64,000 bases of DNA from assembly GCF_002571385.2 (NCBI RefSeq), contig NW_019217955.1, forward strand, positions 243,384 to 307,383, read 5' to 3'. This stretch comes from Stylophora pistillata. Its lineage: Eukaryota. The translations under genes were made by a program, and so were the position numbers. Below, piece after piece: positions 25,561 through 39,669 of the stretch. The stretch's first letter is position 1. The number at the start of each line of letters is the position of its first letter. The notes below the pieces were generated by a model. It was not told where the DNA came from. It saw only the letters and a program-made list of their open reading frames with translations, and did no database searches.

Positions 25561-27300
25561 GTGGCTCGTACCGGTTTTCATCGTTTTGATGGTTTGTAAC
25601 TTTGAAAGAATACAACAGAAAGACTGACCAAGGCCAGTTGAACACTTTTATGGGGTTGAATTACATAATCATTGGTTATCCAAAAATAAGTGTTATTTCG
25701 TNNNNNNNNNNNNNNNNNNNNNNNNNNNNNNNNNNNNNNNNNNNNNNNNNNNNNNNNNNNNNNNNNNNNNNNNNNNNNNNNNNNNNNNNNNNNNNNNNNN
25801 NNNNNNNNNNNNNNNNNNNNNNNNNNNNNNNNNNNNNNNNNNNNNNNNNNNNNNNNNNNNNNNNNNNNNNNNNNNNNNNNNNNNNNNNNNNNNNNNNNNN
25901 NNNNNNNNNNNNNNNNNNNNNNNNNNNNNNNNNNNNNNNNNNNNNNNNNNNNNNNNNNNNNNNNNNNNNNNNNNNNNNNNNNNNNNNNNNNNNNNNNNNN
26001 NNNNNNNNNNNNNNNNNNNNNNNNNNNNNNNNNNNNNNNNNNNNNNNNNNNNNNNNNNNNNNNNNNNNNNNNNNNNNNNNNNNNNNNNNNNNNNNNNNNN
26101 NNNNNNNNNNNNNNNNNNNNNNNNNNNNNNNNNNNNNNNNNNNNNNNNNNNNNNNNNNNNNNNNNNNNNNNNNNNNNNNNNNNNNNNNNNNNNNNNNNNN
26201 NNNNNNNNNNNNNNNNNNNNNNNNNNNNNNNNNNNNNNNNNNNNNNNNNNNNNNNNNNNNNNNNNNNNNNNNNNNNNNNNNNNNNNNNNNNNNNNNNNNN
26301 NNNNNNNNNNNNNNNNNNNNNNNNNNNNNNNNNNNNNNNNNNNNNNNNNNNNNNNNNNNNNNNNNNNNNNNNNNNNNNNNNNNNNNNNNNNNNNNNNNNN
26401 NNNNNNNNNNNNNNNNNNNNNNNNTTTTTTTTCTGATGATTCCTTTCGACGTTATTATCATATTGGAACAATAAAAAGAAGGGGTCACCGGACTTGTTTT
26501 CATGCAATAGCTTTCGTGAGTTTAGCAATTTCCACGCGCGTTCTCGCGCATTTAAAAATCTGGATTCTATAAGATCGACATTTGCTCATGATCTGTTTTA
26601 GCTACCGCTGAAAATTGCGTGTGCTCGCGCGAGCACCTACGATCTGATGTTTACAGACGTTTACTGCTAAGAAAATCATTAAACGGCCGTCAAAGACAGC
26701 CTCCCGAGCTCATCTTAAAGACTTTAAGACCTTGACATCCATTTTTTTCCAAGGAGAGTATTCTACAGCACTGCTACTTTATATTCTGAATTCCACAAGG
26801 TCTAACTCGATCGCAAAGGAACGAAAAATCCGACTTGAAAATTTTGAACGTCGGCCGCGCGGACACCATATTTTCAAATTTGATCATTTAGCATGAACGC
26901 ACAGAATGATGCTCTTCTTGTACCCCTTAAAGCTATCAAAATATATGTGCAAATGACGGATTCTGATTGGTTTATTGATCTCCAAACTTTGAAGGAAGTT
27001 TGGGGACAAAATTCTGCATAGCGGGGGAGGCAGTGGGGAAAGCGTTCTCGCGCGAGCCAATCGCGCGGTTCGGGCGGTTTCGGGCGGTTAAAGCAAAACG
27101 AAAAATTTACTTTCGCGCTGCGGATTTGATCCAACCACTCCTTCGTAACAAGGAAAGTTACTATGATTGTGGCAGTACCGTGAGGCCATCTACGACATGA
27201 CCTACTAGACAGCAAAAGCCTAAAAGGATCGCAACCTTCTGATAATCTGAACTGCTTACCCTTATGTCCGAGCGTCCCATCCAGCGCATAAGCTTTTATA
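25561..27300. mobile_element. Probable TTAA-targeting (Kolobok-like) DNA element spanning an assembly gap
   Basis: Begins TTAA|GGTGGCTCG at a TTAA site inside a module copy. The right end was not identified, and 25702-26423 is N. Confidence 0.35.
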
Positions 27301-27639
27301 CGCTTATCCCTGTGCTTACATGGCAAGTAAATACCGAGCTTAATATTGCAACAATCATTTTTCGATAAACAAAACAGCACCCTTTTGAACTTTCTTTCCA
27401 CAAACCTTTGCAGTAAAATCTACAACAGTGATGAAAATCTAGAACAGTCTTACACTAACTCCTACTCAGGCCATATTTTTTGTCTTTGAGCCCTAACTTG
27501 ATTTCACATCATATTCCTCGAAACGTTCATTTACCAGTCCAACACTTTTTAAAACGATTCATACCCTAGTATGGGAATCAAACATCAATTTCTATTGACG
27601 ACACATAAATTACATTGGCTTATCCAATTCACGAGTTGG

Positions 27640-30600
27640 CTTACAAAGCCTTTGATTTATTGAAGCAGAAGCTCGTTACAAAACAGAATTTAAACTGTTA
27701 TGTGTCAAGAGTTGTCTGGGTTTGAAGGCCCAGGCTGCAAGTCCACCTACGCAGCTTTGAGTTTCGGGTAGTTTAATGTCGCTCGAGTTTCCACTTTGCT
27801 TGCTCAATTAAAACAGGATAAATACAGGATGGTAATCATTAAGTAAACTAAATCACGAGTGATGTGCAGCTTTGGACTCCAACCTCTCATCCCTTTCCCC
27901 ATCACCGCTATTGGAGATAAACTTCATTTTCTGAAAGAAAGAGAAATACGATAATTTTTGGATAACAAATTCCAACTGGTTCCAATCGAGTAGCAGCAGA
28001 CTGTATTCGTTAAAAAAAAAGACTTGGTCAAAGTTAGGCTTTTCTTTAGGGAGTCGCATGGGGAGACTACAATCTTCCTTTTTCGGATGCTCTCTCACTT
28101 ACATTTGAGCATTGCACTGCCTATGGTCAGCTTCTCAATGGACATTTGTCTGACAGTGACATTGCTGTGAAAAATGATAATCCACCCGTTCGTTAAAATT
28201 TCTTATTGAAGGCTACATTTTTTGGGAGTGCCATTCCGGTTAATTGTATTTCATTTACATTGTAACGCGGTTGATTGGTTCATGCAGTTCCTATTCCTGC
28301 GGTACTTCAGCTGAATCACTCTCTGGAATAAATGTCTCTAAGAAATTAAACACATTTTTTAGGACTTTGTGCTGCAGTTGTGTGACGTGATTTTTAGGCT
28401 TTATTCTGGAACGTTCGTGATAGAAGCGCACTTTACGTTGCTAAAAGCTTCAGGGGACCTTTGACACAATATCCGAATTACGTTTTGTACTACGCCAAGT
28501 ATCTAATTAAAATAACAGTAATATGACTTCCAATATAATAGAAAACAAAGGCCACGCCAAGCAACGTGAGCCTCCTGTTTTCCCTGTAGCAGTTACGTTC
28601 TCCATTCAAGCAAAAACTCGTTACAGAACAGAATGTGAATATTATGCCTTACGCTGTTTAGCTTTGCGAGTCCCGACTACAACAAGCCTGCTTGCGGAGC
28701 TTTGAAGTTGCTCGCATTTACACCTTGCTTGCACAAATAAAACAGGATAAATAACTAGTTTCGCGACTGATTGAAACAACGTCAATTTACTCGCCTCTTT
28801 GAGGTTTCATCTCACACAATGATAATTTATGTATTTCAAGAGTCGTTGCAATTTATGCTCCGAACGCTTATTGTGGCATTGTGAGACATTTGATTGATGG
28901 CTACTCACTTGTCGACCTTGCAAAATCAAATCGCAGTGTTCAGGACTTTTTTTATTTTATATCAAAGCTTTCTGCTTTCGTTACACCATTTTAGATTTCG
29001 TCATTCAAGCAGAAGTCCTTGACTAACTTGCTGCCTGCTGGACTGACGTTACAAACGCTAAGAACATACCTGTAGGAGTCGTGTTTCTATTTTCAATGAA
29101 GATGACTCCTCTCGGCATCAGAAGGTAAGGCATGGTACAACTGAAAGTCTAAGCAGGGGTCGTTGACCCTTGCTTAAAAAAGTACCTCTTAGTGTCTTAA
29201 GCAAACTCTGAAGGCTTCCGCGGTTCCAAAGATAAAATTGCATAAAAGACGTTTTCGAAGCATTTTGCGAATAACTATGCCGGAATCAGCTGCAGCAAAG
29301 CTTAAAAATTTAGAGGTTTATCAGTTTTAGCGCAACGATGTGATGAACATGAAAGAACTCCTAAAGACGCCTCGTCTAATTGTTAGGAAGAGGTTGATTT
29401 TTTAAAAGAAGAGAAGATGAGCATCATAAACAAAGCCTGCGTGATTCAACGCAAAGCTAATTAGCGATCTTGCTTGTGGAGCTGTTCCATTCAATGCATG
29501 GCGAAACCTGTTTAGGAAATATAGCTGGCATGAAATGTTCAAGTGAATTTTAGCCTCGAATATTAACTATTTGATATTTGGAAAGGGCCTATTACAGAAT
29601 GGTAATCATTAAGTAAACCAAGTCACGAGTGATGTGTAGCTTTGAACTCCAACCTCTCATCCCTTCCCCACCGTCACTTTTGGAGATAAACTCTATTTTT
29701 CTGAAAGAAAGAGAAATACGCTAATTTTTGAAAAACAAGTTTGAACTAGTTCCAATCGAGTAGCGGTAAACCGTATTCGTTGAAAAAAGGGACCTTTGGT
29801 CAAAGTTAGCCTTTTCTTTAGGGAGTCGCATAGGGAGGCTACAATCTTCCTTTTTCGGATGCCCTCTCTTACATTTGAGCAGTGTATTGCCTATTGTCAG
29901 CGTCTGAACGAAAGTTCATCTGACAATAAGAGTGCTGTGAGAAATGATGATCCGCCCGTTCATTAACATTTCTTATTTAAGGCTACATCTTGCAATTAGG
30001 GGAGTGCCATTCTGATTAATTGTATTTCATATAGCAACTTATGCTCCGAACGCTTAGTGAGGCGTTTGATTGATGGCTACTCACTTGTCAACCTGTCAAA
30101 ATCAAATCAAAGTGTTCATAGCTTTTTCAATTTCACTTTCAAGCTTTGTGCTTTCGTTACAACAGTTTGATTTCGTCATTCTAGCAGAAGCTTTTGACTA
30201 CGCCGCTGCCTGCGAGATTGAAGTTACATCCGGCAGGGACATACCAAAAGGAGTCGTGTTACTATTAGGAGTCAAATGGCTGTTCTTAGTATCGAAAGGC
30301 TAGGCATGATATAACTGACAGTCCAAGGAGGGGTTCTTGACGCTTGCATAAAAAGTACCATCTAATGTCTTAATTAAACCCTGATCAAACCCTCTGGTAT
30401 CGACTTAGTCGGCCGTTCCAAAGATAAGAGTTCATGAGAGACGTTTTAGAAGCACTCAATGAACTTTCATCTGACAGTAACAGTGCTGTGAAAAATGATA
30501 ATCCATCCGTTTATTAAAATTTCTTACTGAAGGCTACATTTTCTAATTAGGGGAGTGCCATTCTGATTAATTGTATTTTATTTACAATGTGACGTGGTTG

Positions 30601-33600
30601 ATTGGTTCCTGCAACTCCTATTCCTGCGAGATTCCAGCTGAATCACTTTCTGGAATAAATGTTTCTAAGAATTGAAACACCTTTTTAAAGACTTTGTGCT
30701 GTAGTTGTGTGACGTGATTTATAGGCTTTATTCTGGAGCGTTCGTGATAGAAGCGCACTTCACGGTTCCAAAATTTTTGAGGGCACCTTTGGCACAAAAA
30801 TGCGAAATACACTTTGCACTATGTCAAGTATCTAATTAAAATGACAATAATACGACGTCCAAAATAATAGAAAACAAAGGCCACGCCAAGCAACGTGAGC
30901 ATCCTGTTTTCCCTTTAACAGTTACATTCTCCGTTCAAGCAAAAACTCGTTACAGAACAGAATGTGAATATTATTTCTAAGGCTGTTTGCCTTTCTAGTC
31001 CCGCCTACAAGCCTGCTTGCGCAGCTTTGAGCCTGACCTTGTTTAAAGCTGCTTGCATTTCCACCATGCTTGCACAAATAAAACAGGATAAATAAGTAGT
31101 TTCGTGATTGATTGAAACAACGTCAATTTGCTTGCTTCTTTGCGGTTTCATCTGGCACAATGATAATTTACGTAATTTAAGAGTGCTAGCAACTTATGCT
31201 CGGAACGCTTATTGTGAGGCATTTGATTGATGTTTACTCACTTGTCGACATGTCAAAATCAAATGGAAGCGCTCAGGGCTTTTTCAATTTCATATTAAAG
31301 CTTTCCGCTGTCGTTACACCAGTTTAGATTTCGTCATTCAAGGAGAAGCCCTTGACCAACTTGCTGCCTGCGGGACTGACGTTACAAACGGTAAGGACAT
31401 ACCAGTAGGAGTCGTGTTTCTATTGGCAGTCAAATGACTGTTCTTGGTATCAAAAGCCAAGGCATGGTACGACTGACCCTTGCTTAAAAAAGTATCATTT
31501 AGCGTCTTAAGTAAACTCTGAAGCACTGCTATCGACTTTTCCGCGGTTCCGCCAAAGATAACAGGCTATAACAGACGTTTTCGAAGCATTTTTCAAATAA
31601 CTATGTCGGCATCAGCTGCAGCAAAGCTTAAAAATTTAGAGGTTTATTAGTTTTAGCGCAAGGATATGATGAACATGAAAAACTTTTAAATACGCCCCGT
31701 CTAATTGTTAGGAAGAGGTTGATTTTTAACAGAAGACAAGCTGAGGATCATAAAGAAAGCCTCCGTGTTTCAACGCAAAGTATATCGTTGATCTTCCTTG
31801 TGGAGCTGTTCCATTCAGTGCATGGCGAAAATTGTTTAGCAAGTATAGCTAGCAAGAAACTTTTACAGGAATTTTGGCTTCGAATTTGGCTTGCGCAGCT
31901 TTAAGCCCCACCTTGTTTAAAGCTGCTCGCATTTACACCTCGCGTGCAGAAATAAAACTGGATAAATATGTAGTTTCGTGAATGATTGAAACAACGTCAG
32001 TTTATTTGCTTCTTTGCGGTTTCATCTCGCACAACGATGATTTACGTAATTCAAATGTCATAGCAACTTATGCTCCGAACCCTTAGTGAGGCGTTTGATT
32101 GATGGCTACTCACTTGTCGACCTGTCAAAATCAAATCAAAGTGTTCATAGCTTTTTCAATTTTACTTTAAAGCTTTGTGCTTTCGTTACAACAGTTTGAT
32201 TTCGTCATTCTGGCAGAAGCTTTTGACTACGCCGTTGCCTGCGAGATTGAAGTTACAACCGGTAGGGGCATACCATAAGGAGTCGTGTTACTATTAGCAG
32301 TCAAATGACTGTTCTTAGTATCGAAAGGCTAGGCATGGTATAACTGACTGTCCAAGGAGGGATTCTTGTCGTTTGGATAAAAAGTACCATCTAGTGTCTT
32401 AATTAAACGCTGATCAAACCCTCTGGTATCGACTTAGTCGGCCGTTCCAAAGATAACAGTTCATGAGAGACGTTTTAGAAGTACTATGCGAATAACTATG
32501 TCAATATTAGCCGCTGCAAAGTCAAAAAGTTTTGATGTTTATCAGTTTTAGCGTAAGGGTGTGATGAACCAGAAAAAAATTTCAAAGACGCCCCGTCTAA
32601 TTGTAAGGAAGAGGTTGATTTTTAGAGAAGACAAGCTGAGGGTCATAAACAAAACCTGCGCGTTTCAACGCGAGCTTGATCAGCGACCTTCCTTGGGAAG
32701 CTAATCCATTAATTGTATGACGAAAGTTGTTTGGCAAATATAGCTAGCGAGAAATGTTCGCATGAATTTTGGCCTCGAATATTAACTATTTGATATCCGG
32801 AAAGGGGCTTATTAGAGGATGGCAATCATTTAGTAAAAGCCAAATTCCGAGCGATGTGCAGCTTTGAACTCCAACCTCTCATCCCTCCCCCACCGCCACT
32901 TTTGGAGATAAACTTTATTTTTCTGAAAGAAAAAGACCTACGATAATTCTTAGTAAACAAATTTGAACTGGTTCAAATCGAGTAGCGGTAAACCGTATTC
33001 GTTGAAAAAAGAGACTTTTGGTCAAAGTTAGCCTTTTCTTTCGGGAGTCGCATAGGAAGACTACAATCTTCCTTTTTCGGATGCCCTCTCCCTTACATTT
33101 GAGTATTGCATTGCCTATGATCAGCGTCTCAATGGACATTTTTCTGACAGTGACATTTCTAAGAAAAAATTATATTCCGCCCGTTTAATTCAATGTTCTT
33201 ATTATAGACTGCATTTTGTCTTTGGGGGAGTGCCTTTCTAATTAATCGTGTTTCATTTACATTGTGACGTGTTGATTGGCTCATGCAGCTCCTATTCCCG
33301 GGCTCTGGTATTCCATCTCATAAAGACTTTGTGCTGCAGTTGTGTGACGTTGGTCCATAGGCTTTATTCTAAAGCGTTCGTGATAGACGCGCACTTCACG
33401 GATCTAAAAGTTTAAGGGCACCTTCGGCACAATATGTGAATTAAGTTTTGTGTCATGCCAAGTATCTAATCAAAATAATAAGAATATTGCGTCTAATAAA
33501 ATACTTAACAAAAGCCACGCCAAGGAAATTAAATATCCTGTTTTCCTTGTAACAGTTACATTCTTCATTCGACCAGAAGCTATTATACTAACACAACAGA

Positions 33601-34030
33601 ATTTGAATGTTATGTCTAAGACTGTCTGGTTTTGTAGTCCCGGCTGGAAGCTTGCTCACGCAGCATTGAGCCTCCTCTGTTTTAAAGTTGCTTGTATTTC
33701 CACCTTGCTTGTACAAACAAAACAGGATAAATGAGTGGTTGCGTGACTGATTACGGTTTCATCTCACACAATGATGATTTACGTAATTCAAGTGTCATTA
33801 CAACTTATACTCCGAACGGTTATTGTGAGGCATTTGATTGATGACTACTCTCTCGTCGACCTGTCAAACAATCAAGGTGCTTATGGCTTTTTCGCTATCA
33901 CAGTAATTCATCATGCTCTCGTTGGACCTGCCGGACCTAAGTTACAACGGGTAGGATATAATTCGAGCTTGTGTTTCTTTTGGCAGTCTGCATCAGCTGG
34001 AGCAAAGGTTAAAAATTTAGAGGTATATCA
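27640..34030. repeat. Tandem array of rearranged ~2-kb module copies upstream of LAAO copy 2
   Basis: Marker aaaac(a/t)ggataaat at ~27811, 28741, 31081, 31955 and 33721. Marker ttaca..c(g)gta(a/g)g variants at ~29050, 30225, 31383, 32253 and 33942. All copies are in the same orientation. Confidence 0.9.
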
Positions 34031-34543
34031 TTCAGTCAGTAGACGGCAGACCGGGTATAAAATGTAGACTGCAGACCTGGTACAAAATGCAGACTAGGTA
34101 CAAAATGCAGACTGAGAATTTAAACTGGTTATTCGTCTGAACACGATAACATGTCGGTGAACTTACAAACGTCACTGAAACAAATGTACTAATTAAAGCG
34201 AAGGGCTCTCAAAACAGACGATTATACATGATTCAATTTTAGCCGTGACCATACTCCTAGGAAACCCTAGGAAACCCTAGGAAACCCTAGGACCATTCTG
34301 GGATGGAATAGATGAAGGTATAATAATACGAATTGTGAACTAAAGTAGAAGAAAATCTTGACAAAAGATTTTGCAATTTTCACTTGCGTGGCTAAAAATT
34401 TGTTTTTGATCAATACTTTTTTTTACGGCTAAACTTTTCGAAAATATACGCCTAACAGCTAATTTTTTTCCCTGTTTTAAGGCCAACAGTTTATCCTATT
34501 GAGAACCTTATATAATCTCTTTGATATCTACAGCTGAGAAATC

Positions 34544-37500
34544 ATGATGACGACAAAGACAGCCGATCGGAACGCCGCCAAGCGATTGGGTAAGGTTTCG
34601 CTAAAGAACGAACCAAACTGGATCACTGGGGATCTGGGGAACTATATGGATAATGCACTCGAAAGCCCATTGCCTACGGTGGCTATGTATGCAGCCCGCA
34701 CGGTAAATGAGGTTGAAGCGTCTAAGATTACAGGAAAGCAAAAACCTGTTCAACAAAGCGATCTTTTAAAACCATTGTTGATGGATATCGCTAAAGAGGG
34801 CCTAAATTACGCTTTCCAAAAATGGAGCCAGAAAGAGGAGAACCCTGAGCGACATTCAAAGACGAAAAATCCGAAGAAAGTGATTGTGGTTGGAGCTGGA
34901 ATGGCTGGGCTAGTGGCCGCATTTGAACTTGCGCAAGTTGGACACGAGGTGGTAGTACTAGAAAGCCAGACGCGAGTAGGAGGTAGAGTTCACACCCTTG
35001 GGGAAAAAGACGGTTTTGCAAAAGGACTCCACGCTGAGGGTAAGTACTGTAGTCGATTGGCGGAGACTGACGTGGTTTTATTCCTCTCGTAAACTATCTG
35101 TAATTAATGGCTTCGTTACCTTTCTGCAACTCTCTTAATTTCAATTGCAGCTGGTGCCATGAGGTTACCATGTCCTCCTGACGCGGAGAACAAGACACAT
35201 TTCCTGACGGATTTTTATGCTTCTAAGGAACGGTTCAGCCTACCCTTGGCACATTTTGCCAACTACAGTGACAGAGCTTTTCTAAAGTTTTATAACGAAG
35301 ACGCTGTCCGTGTAGCAGGTGAGCTTTATGATACATTAATAAAATGTACTCGTTAATGTTTCAACGCGTCAAATGTCTCCCCTCAAAGTCAAATGTAGCC
35401 TTTCCGAGCCCAGGGTAGCACTGTAGTTTAGCATGTCTATCCCGCTAAGAGTGATACTGATTTTTAGAATTTGAGCTTCATGAACTGAAGAGCAGTGGAC
35501 TGACCTTACAACGCGAGGCTAACTCATTTAATAAGTTTATGGTGAAAAATGTTATATTTTGGAATGAGATACCTAGTACCCAATTCGTGTATTTAACCAT
35601 CTATACACCTGGGCCATGAAAGGCAGTGAGAAAGAAAAGAGTCATTACAAATTCGTGTATTTTACAGAATGGAATGAAGATCCTTTGGAACGGACGAACA
35701 AACTTTGGCCTGGATGGAATGCTACCCTAATTGACAAAGGCGTGCACGACATCACAAGTATCAGTAAGTTTCCAGCACTGCAGCTGACTAAGTTTACAAA
35801 CTTCATTTTAACCATGTATAGTTAGGATATTCTACAGCCGCAGCTGGAGGGTAAAAAATTTTCAAACCTCTAAAATCCCCTTGGTATTAAGATATCTCTA
35901 ACTGTTGCACACATCACTCTCAAAGCTCATCTTTTTTGCACACATCGGAATCCCACGAAATTGCACAGCCCAAGGAAAAGCTGAAAGAAGGTGGTCAAAA
36001 CTCTGGATAGTTAATGTTTATGCCGGAAACAATCGGAGCGACTCAGCAAAAATGCGATCGAGTTTTAATTGCCTTTGTTCGGCACCTAAAGTGCACCGCA
36101 TCTAAAATTGATTAAAAGAGAAAGATTTCTTGATATGGGGGGAAACCACCACCCGATGTCTTTAGAACAGGCGAATTAACATAACAGCGACAAATTTGAT
36201 CTACTGGACTGAAAATGGCCTATATCAAAAGAATTTTGAATTAGCTTTTTCTGGGGCCCATTTGATCATATATGCGTGCGCGAAATATAAATTATTATTA
36301 TTGTCTAGATGGCATCTTTGACTCTAACTTTATTTTCATCTAACTGCAGATGCATATCATGATCGTACCACTCAAGTGATAACAGATCAACTGCTAAATT
36401 ACCTAAACACACCTGGCGTTGACCCATGTGTTGCCTGGGATCAGTGGATTGATCTCTGGAGTCAGTTTCCAGTCGATGGGTTCCTCCAAAGTACTTACGA
36501 AGCCGTAATGACAAAAGTCCAGGAAAAAGTGTGCGAGAGGACAGAACTCAAGAAAAAACACGACATCCCTTTGACAAGCCTTGAAGAGCTCAAGAAGTAC
36601 CTTCCTTGGCCTAATGCAGCTATCACTGCCTTCTCTGTCTTCAACTATACACCGGACCTTGATATAAGCCTTGTGCAACATCTCCGAGATCCCCTGGGAC
36701 ATTGGTGGTCATCAGAAATGCATTGCATCAAAGGCGGGATGTCTTTGTTACCAGAAGCCTTCACCAAAAAAGACAATGGAGGCTGGAATCCCGACGTTTG
36801 CCTTCACGAAAACATTCACTTCAATCGTACGGTCAAAGAGATAAAGTACAAATTTTATGAAGGTGATACTGAAAATAATCATGTGGTGGTAAAAGGCTAC
36901 TTCAGCAACAGCAGACAGCCTTTTGAGATCGAAGGAGATGCTGTTATAGTGGCAACTCCAATCAACATTCTCAGACAGATCAATTACACACCCTGTCAAC
37001 ACACCGACCCTCCCCCAAAAGAATTCCACAAGGCCATAGAAGACATCTTTACCAGTCCATCAACCAAACTGTTCATACAGACTAAGACCAGATTCTGGGA
37101 GGAAGAAGGCATTAAAGGAGGCTTCTCAAAAACAAATCTTCCAATCGGGCAGCTCCATTATCCAAGCAACCTCACTGGAGAGCATCCTGGAGAAAAAGGC
37201 ATCCTGTTGGTTTACACATGGAAGACAGAAGCCTTACTCTTCGGTTCCCTGGATCCTATTACTGCCCTATATGAGGCAGTAGAGCAAATAGCCACAATCC
37301 ACCCCGAGATCAAAGGCCAGGTTGAAACGGGAGCTGTCTGTGCGTGGTACAACCAACCAACCGCTCAAGGAGCCTTTGTCTTGCTCAAACCCACACAGTA
37401 CCAAAACGTCCGCTACCTCCAACAACACCCCTTGGATAACATCTTCTTTGCTGGTGAAGGCCTATCGTTTGCTTCGGGATGGATTCAGGGGGCCCTGGAG

Positions 37501-37560
37501 TCTGGTCTACGGGCAGCTTATCAGTTTTACATTCGCAACGAGGGCGGATGGTTCCCTTGA
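34544..37560 (+). CDS. Flavin-dependent L-amino-acid oxidase family protein, copy 2 (656 aa; exons 34544-35039, 35151-35318, 35668-35763, 36350-37560)
   Basis: Same internal exon sizes (168 and 96 nt) and phases as copy 1; 1971-nt open frame. [17 protein letters not shown] and [15 protein letters not shown] are intact. Confidence 0.93.
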
Positions 37561-37564
37561 AATT

Positions 37565-38665
37565 GTGATAGACTTGATTATGGACAATCAGTGTAGGCTA
37601 GAGCGCAAATCGAATATTGTTTCTCGGTTAAGTATTTTTTTGCTGAGCTGAACACAGTGTTAGGATGCGCACTTCCACTAATCAAGAACAATGAGAAGTT
37701 TTCTTTTTAAAGGTTTGAAAGCGATAAAAGAAAATCGATCACACTTAGCCACAGCAGTTTAACCTAAGTGTCGTTTTTTCCTTGTTGTAATGATCGTTTT
37801 TTAACTAATTCCTTAAATTTTGACAGTCTTTTATACGCCTCGCGTATCCAATACTACAACTGGAGACATTTTGCCCAAATAAAGTCGATAACTTTAATCC
37901 AATCAATAACAATAGATTAGAAAGCAATACTCACACAGCATTCCGTTACAATTTTTACTTTCAATTTATTTTATTTCGATTATCAATGTTATCGACTCAA
38001 CACACAAGCACTAATGACAGGAGGCACCCTGAGGGCCTTTGATCCTTTAATTTTGCTGTTCACGCCACATTTCCTCTGTATTTTATGCGGTTATACAAGA
38101 GTGAAAATTTCCTCACGGATGTTATTCAAGTCAATATCCACAATCGAATAAAGATACTCTTAACTTTGATTGATTGATAGAGAAATTGATATCCAAGAGG
38201 GTAGGTAGATCTGCATTTTGCGAGAGAGCTTTCCAATCATGTCACACACAAGCCATGCTCAACATCGTCATGTTGGTTTGTAATCTATGTAGATTCTTAT
38301 TTTGCTTCTAGAACCGAAATATGTAATTGATTGAATAAAAAAACTTGAAATTAATATAAATTTCACCCGTCAACAATCCTTTTAAATGTATCTCCATTGT
38401 TAACAAGTTAACAAAAACAATTGCCAAGATAGCAATAGAATACTGCAATTTCCATTTCATTTCCAAGAAAGAAAGTTAATGTCGACATAACAATCTGAAT
38501 TCAGTTGGCATTGGAGTGGGTCAAAAGTCAAAAAAAGCTTTCACACTAGGCTAGTGCAATCGAGGAAACGCTATAAAAAACGAGGATTACGAGAACGGCG
38601 AGGATGCTTTAAAAATGTTAAGCTATGCTGCTTAAGGATCTTGTATAGTGATGCTTCTCAATTAC
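37565..38665 (+). repeat. Segmental-duplication 3' flank paralogous to 23050-24570
   Basis: Collinear non-coding similarity, e.g. taaattttgacagt, tggagacattttgc, cacaagccatgct, cacactaggctagtg. Confidence 0.85.
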
Positions 38666-39669
38666 ACTTTGAGTGCAGTTACAAACGAACCCGCACGGTA
38701 TTATAATCACTAGCACTAGCATGGCACCTTAAAAAAGTGATCAGGAGAACATTAAATGTGCTGAAAATAGGAAAGTTGATCGAGCATTATGGATTTCGTT
38801 TGATTGTGTTTACAAAGAAAGCCGCAAAGATCTGTTAAACATATACTGGAATAATACACTCGAGGCACCGGCGAGTTGATCGTGCCCCGAGCAGTTTGTA
38901 ATTTGTCACAGTCATTACTCGGCCCAAAAAAGAAAAGCAATCATCGTAGCTCCACAAAAAGCCATGGAACAAAGGACGATTTAAAAGACTATAGCATACC
39001 CCGTTATTCCCTTAAGAACAATGGAAAAGATGAGTATACTCAAGATATTCGATCGCATAATTGATTCCCTCTCTCTTAATTGTCCTAAATGATCAAGCTT
39101 CTTCTGAAGATGATTTCTGAGTGTTGCTCAGTCCTTATATTATTTCCCAGAGAACAAAACTGGATCCACAACCTGAATTGTTGTAATAAATGATGTAGAA
39201 ATTGCATTTTTTTATTGCAAGAATAGCTCATTATCGTTTTAAATTCAGTTGTGATTTATTGCAACAAAAAAGGTTTACTTTTCCCGCTATTTTCCACCAG
39301 AAATGTTCTTGGTGAAAGCTGGCGGAAACTAAACAATCTAATATTTCCAATAAAGCGTCCTTGAAATATTAAAAACGTTTTAGAAGGAAAGAGCAGATTC
39401 ATTATCAAAGAAAGAGGTTTGACATAACCAGTTGCTCTCATATTACACGAAAACTTGTTACGCTTTCAATTTATCCTACATGTCATTTTATATGGTTTCG
39501 TACGAAAGTGTGGTTTATCATATTTGAGTATGATTTTCAAAATGAGATATGAAGTACTGTTTTTATCTGGACACGATTGAAAAGCTAAGCCGAATGTTAT
39601 TGATTAGGCTTCGTCTGTCATCGGTGATTATCCTGATTATGTATTATAGAAAACTGTTTCTAACTTTGT

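Noticed and set aside
25578-26528. Long ORFs of 248-316 aa (similar ORFs at 44853-45541)
   Set aside because: They are artefacts of translating through N-gaps.
27640-34030. Module array as a CRISPR-like array or a protein-coding repeat family
   Set aside because: There is no constant short repeat with unique spacers and no cas genes. The short ORFs fall in inconsistent frames and strands with many stops and no recognisable domain, though an ancient coding origin is not excluded.
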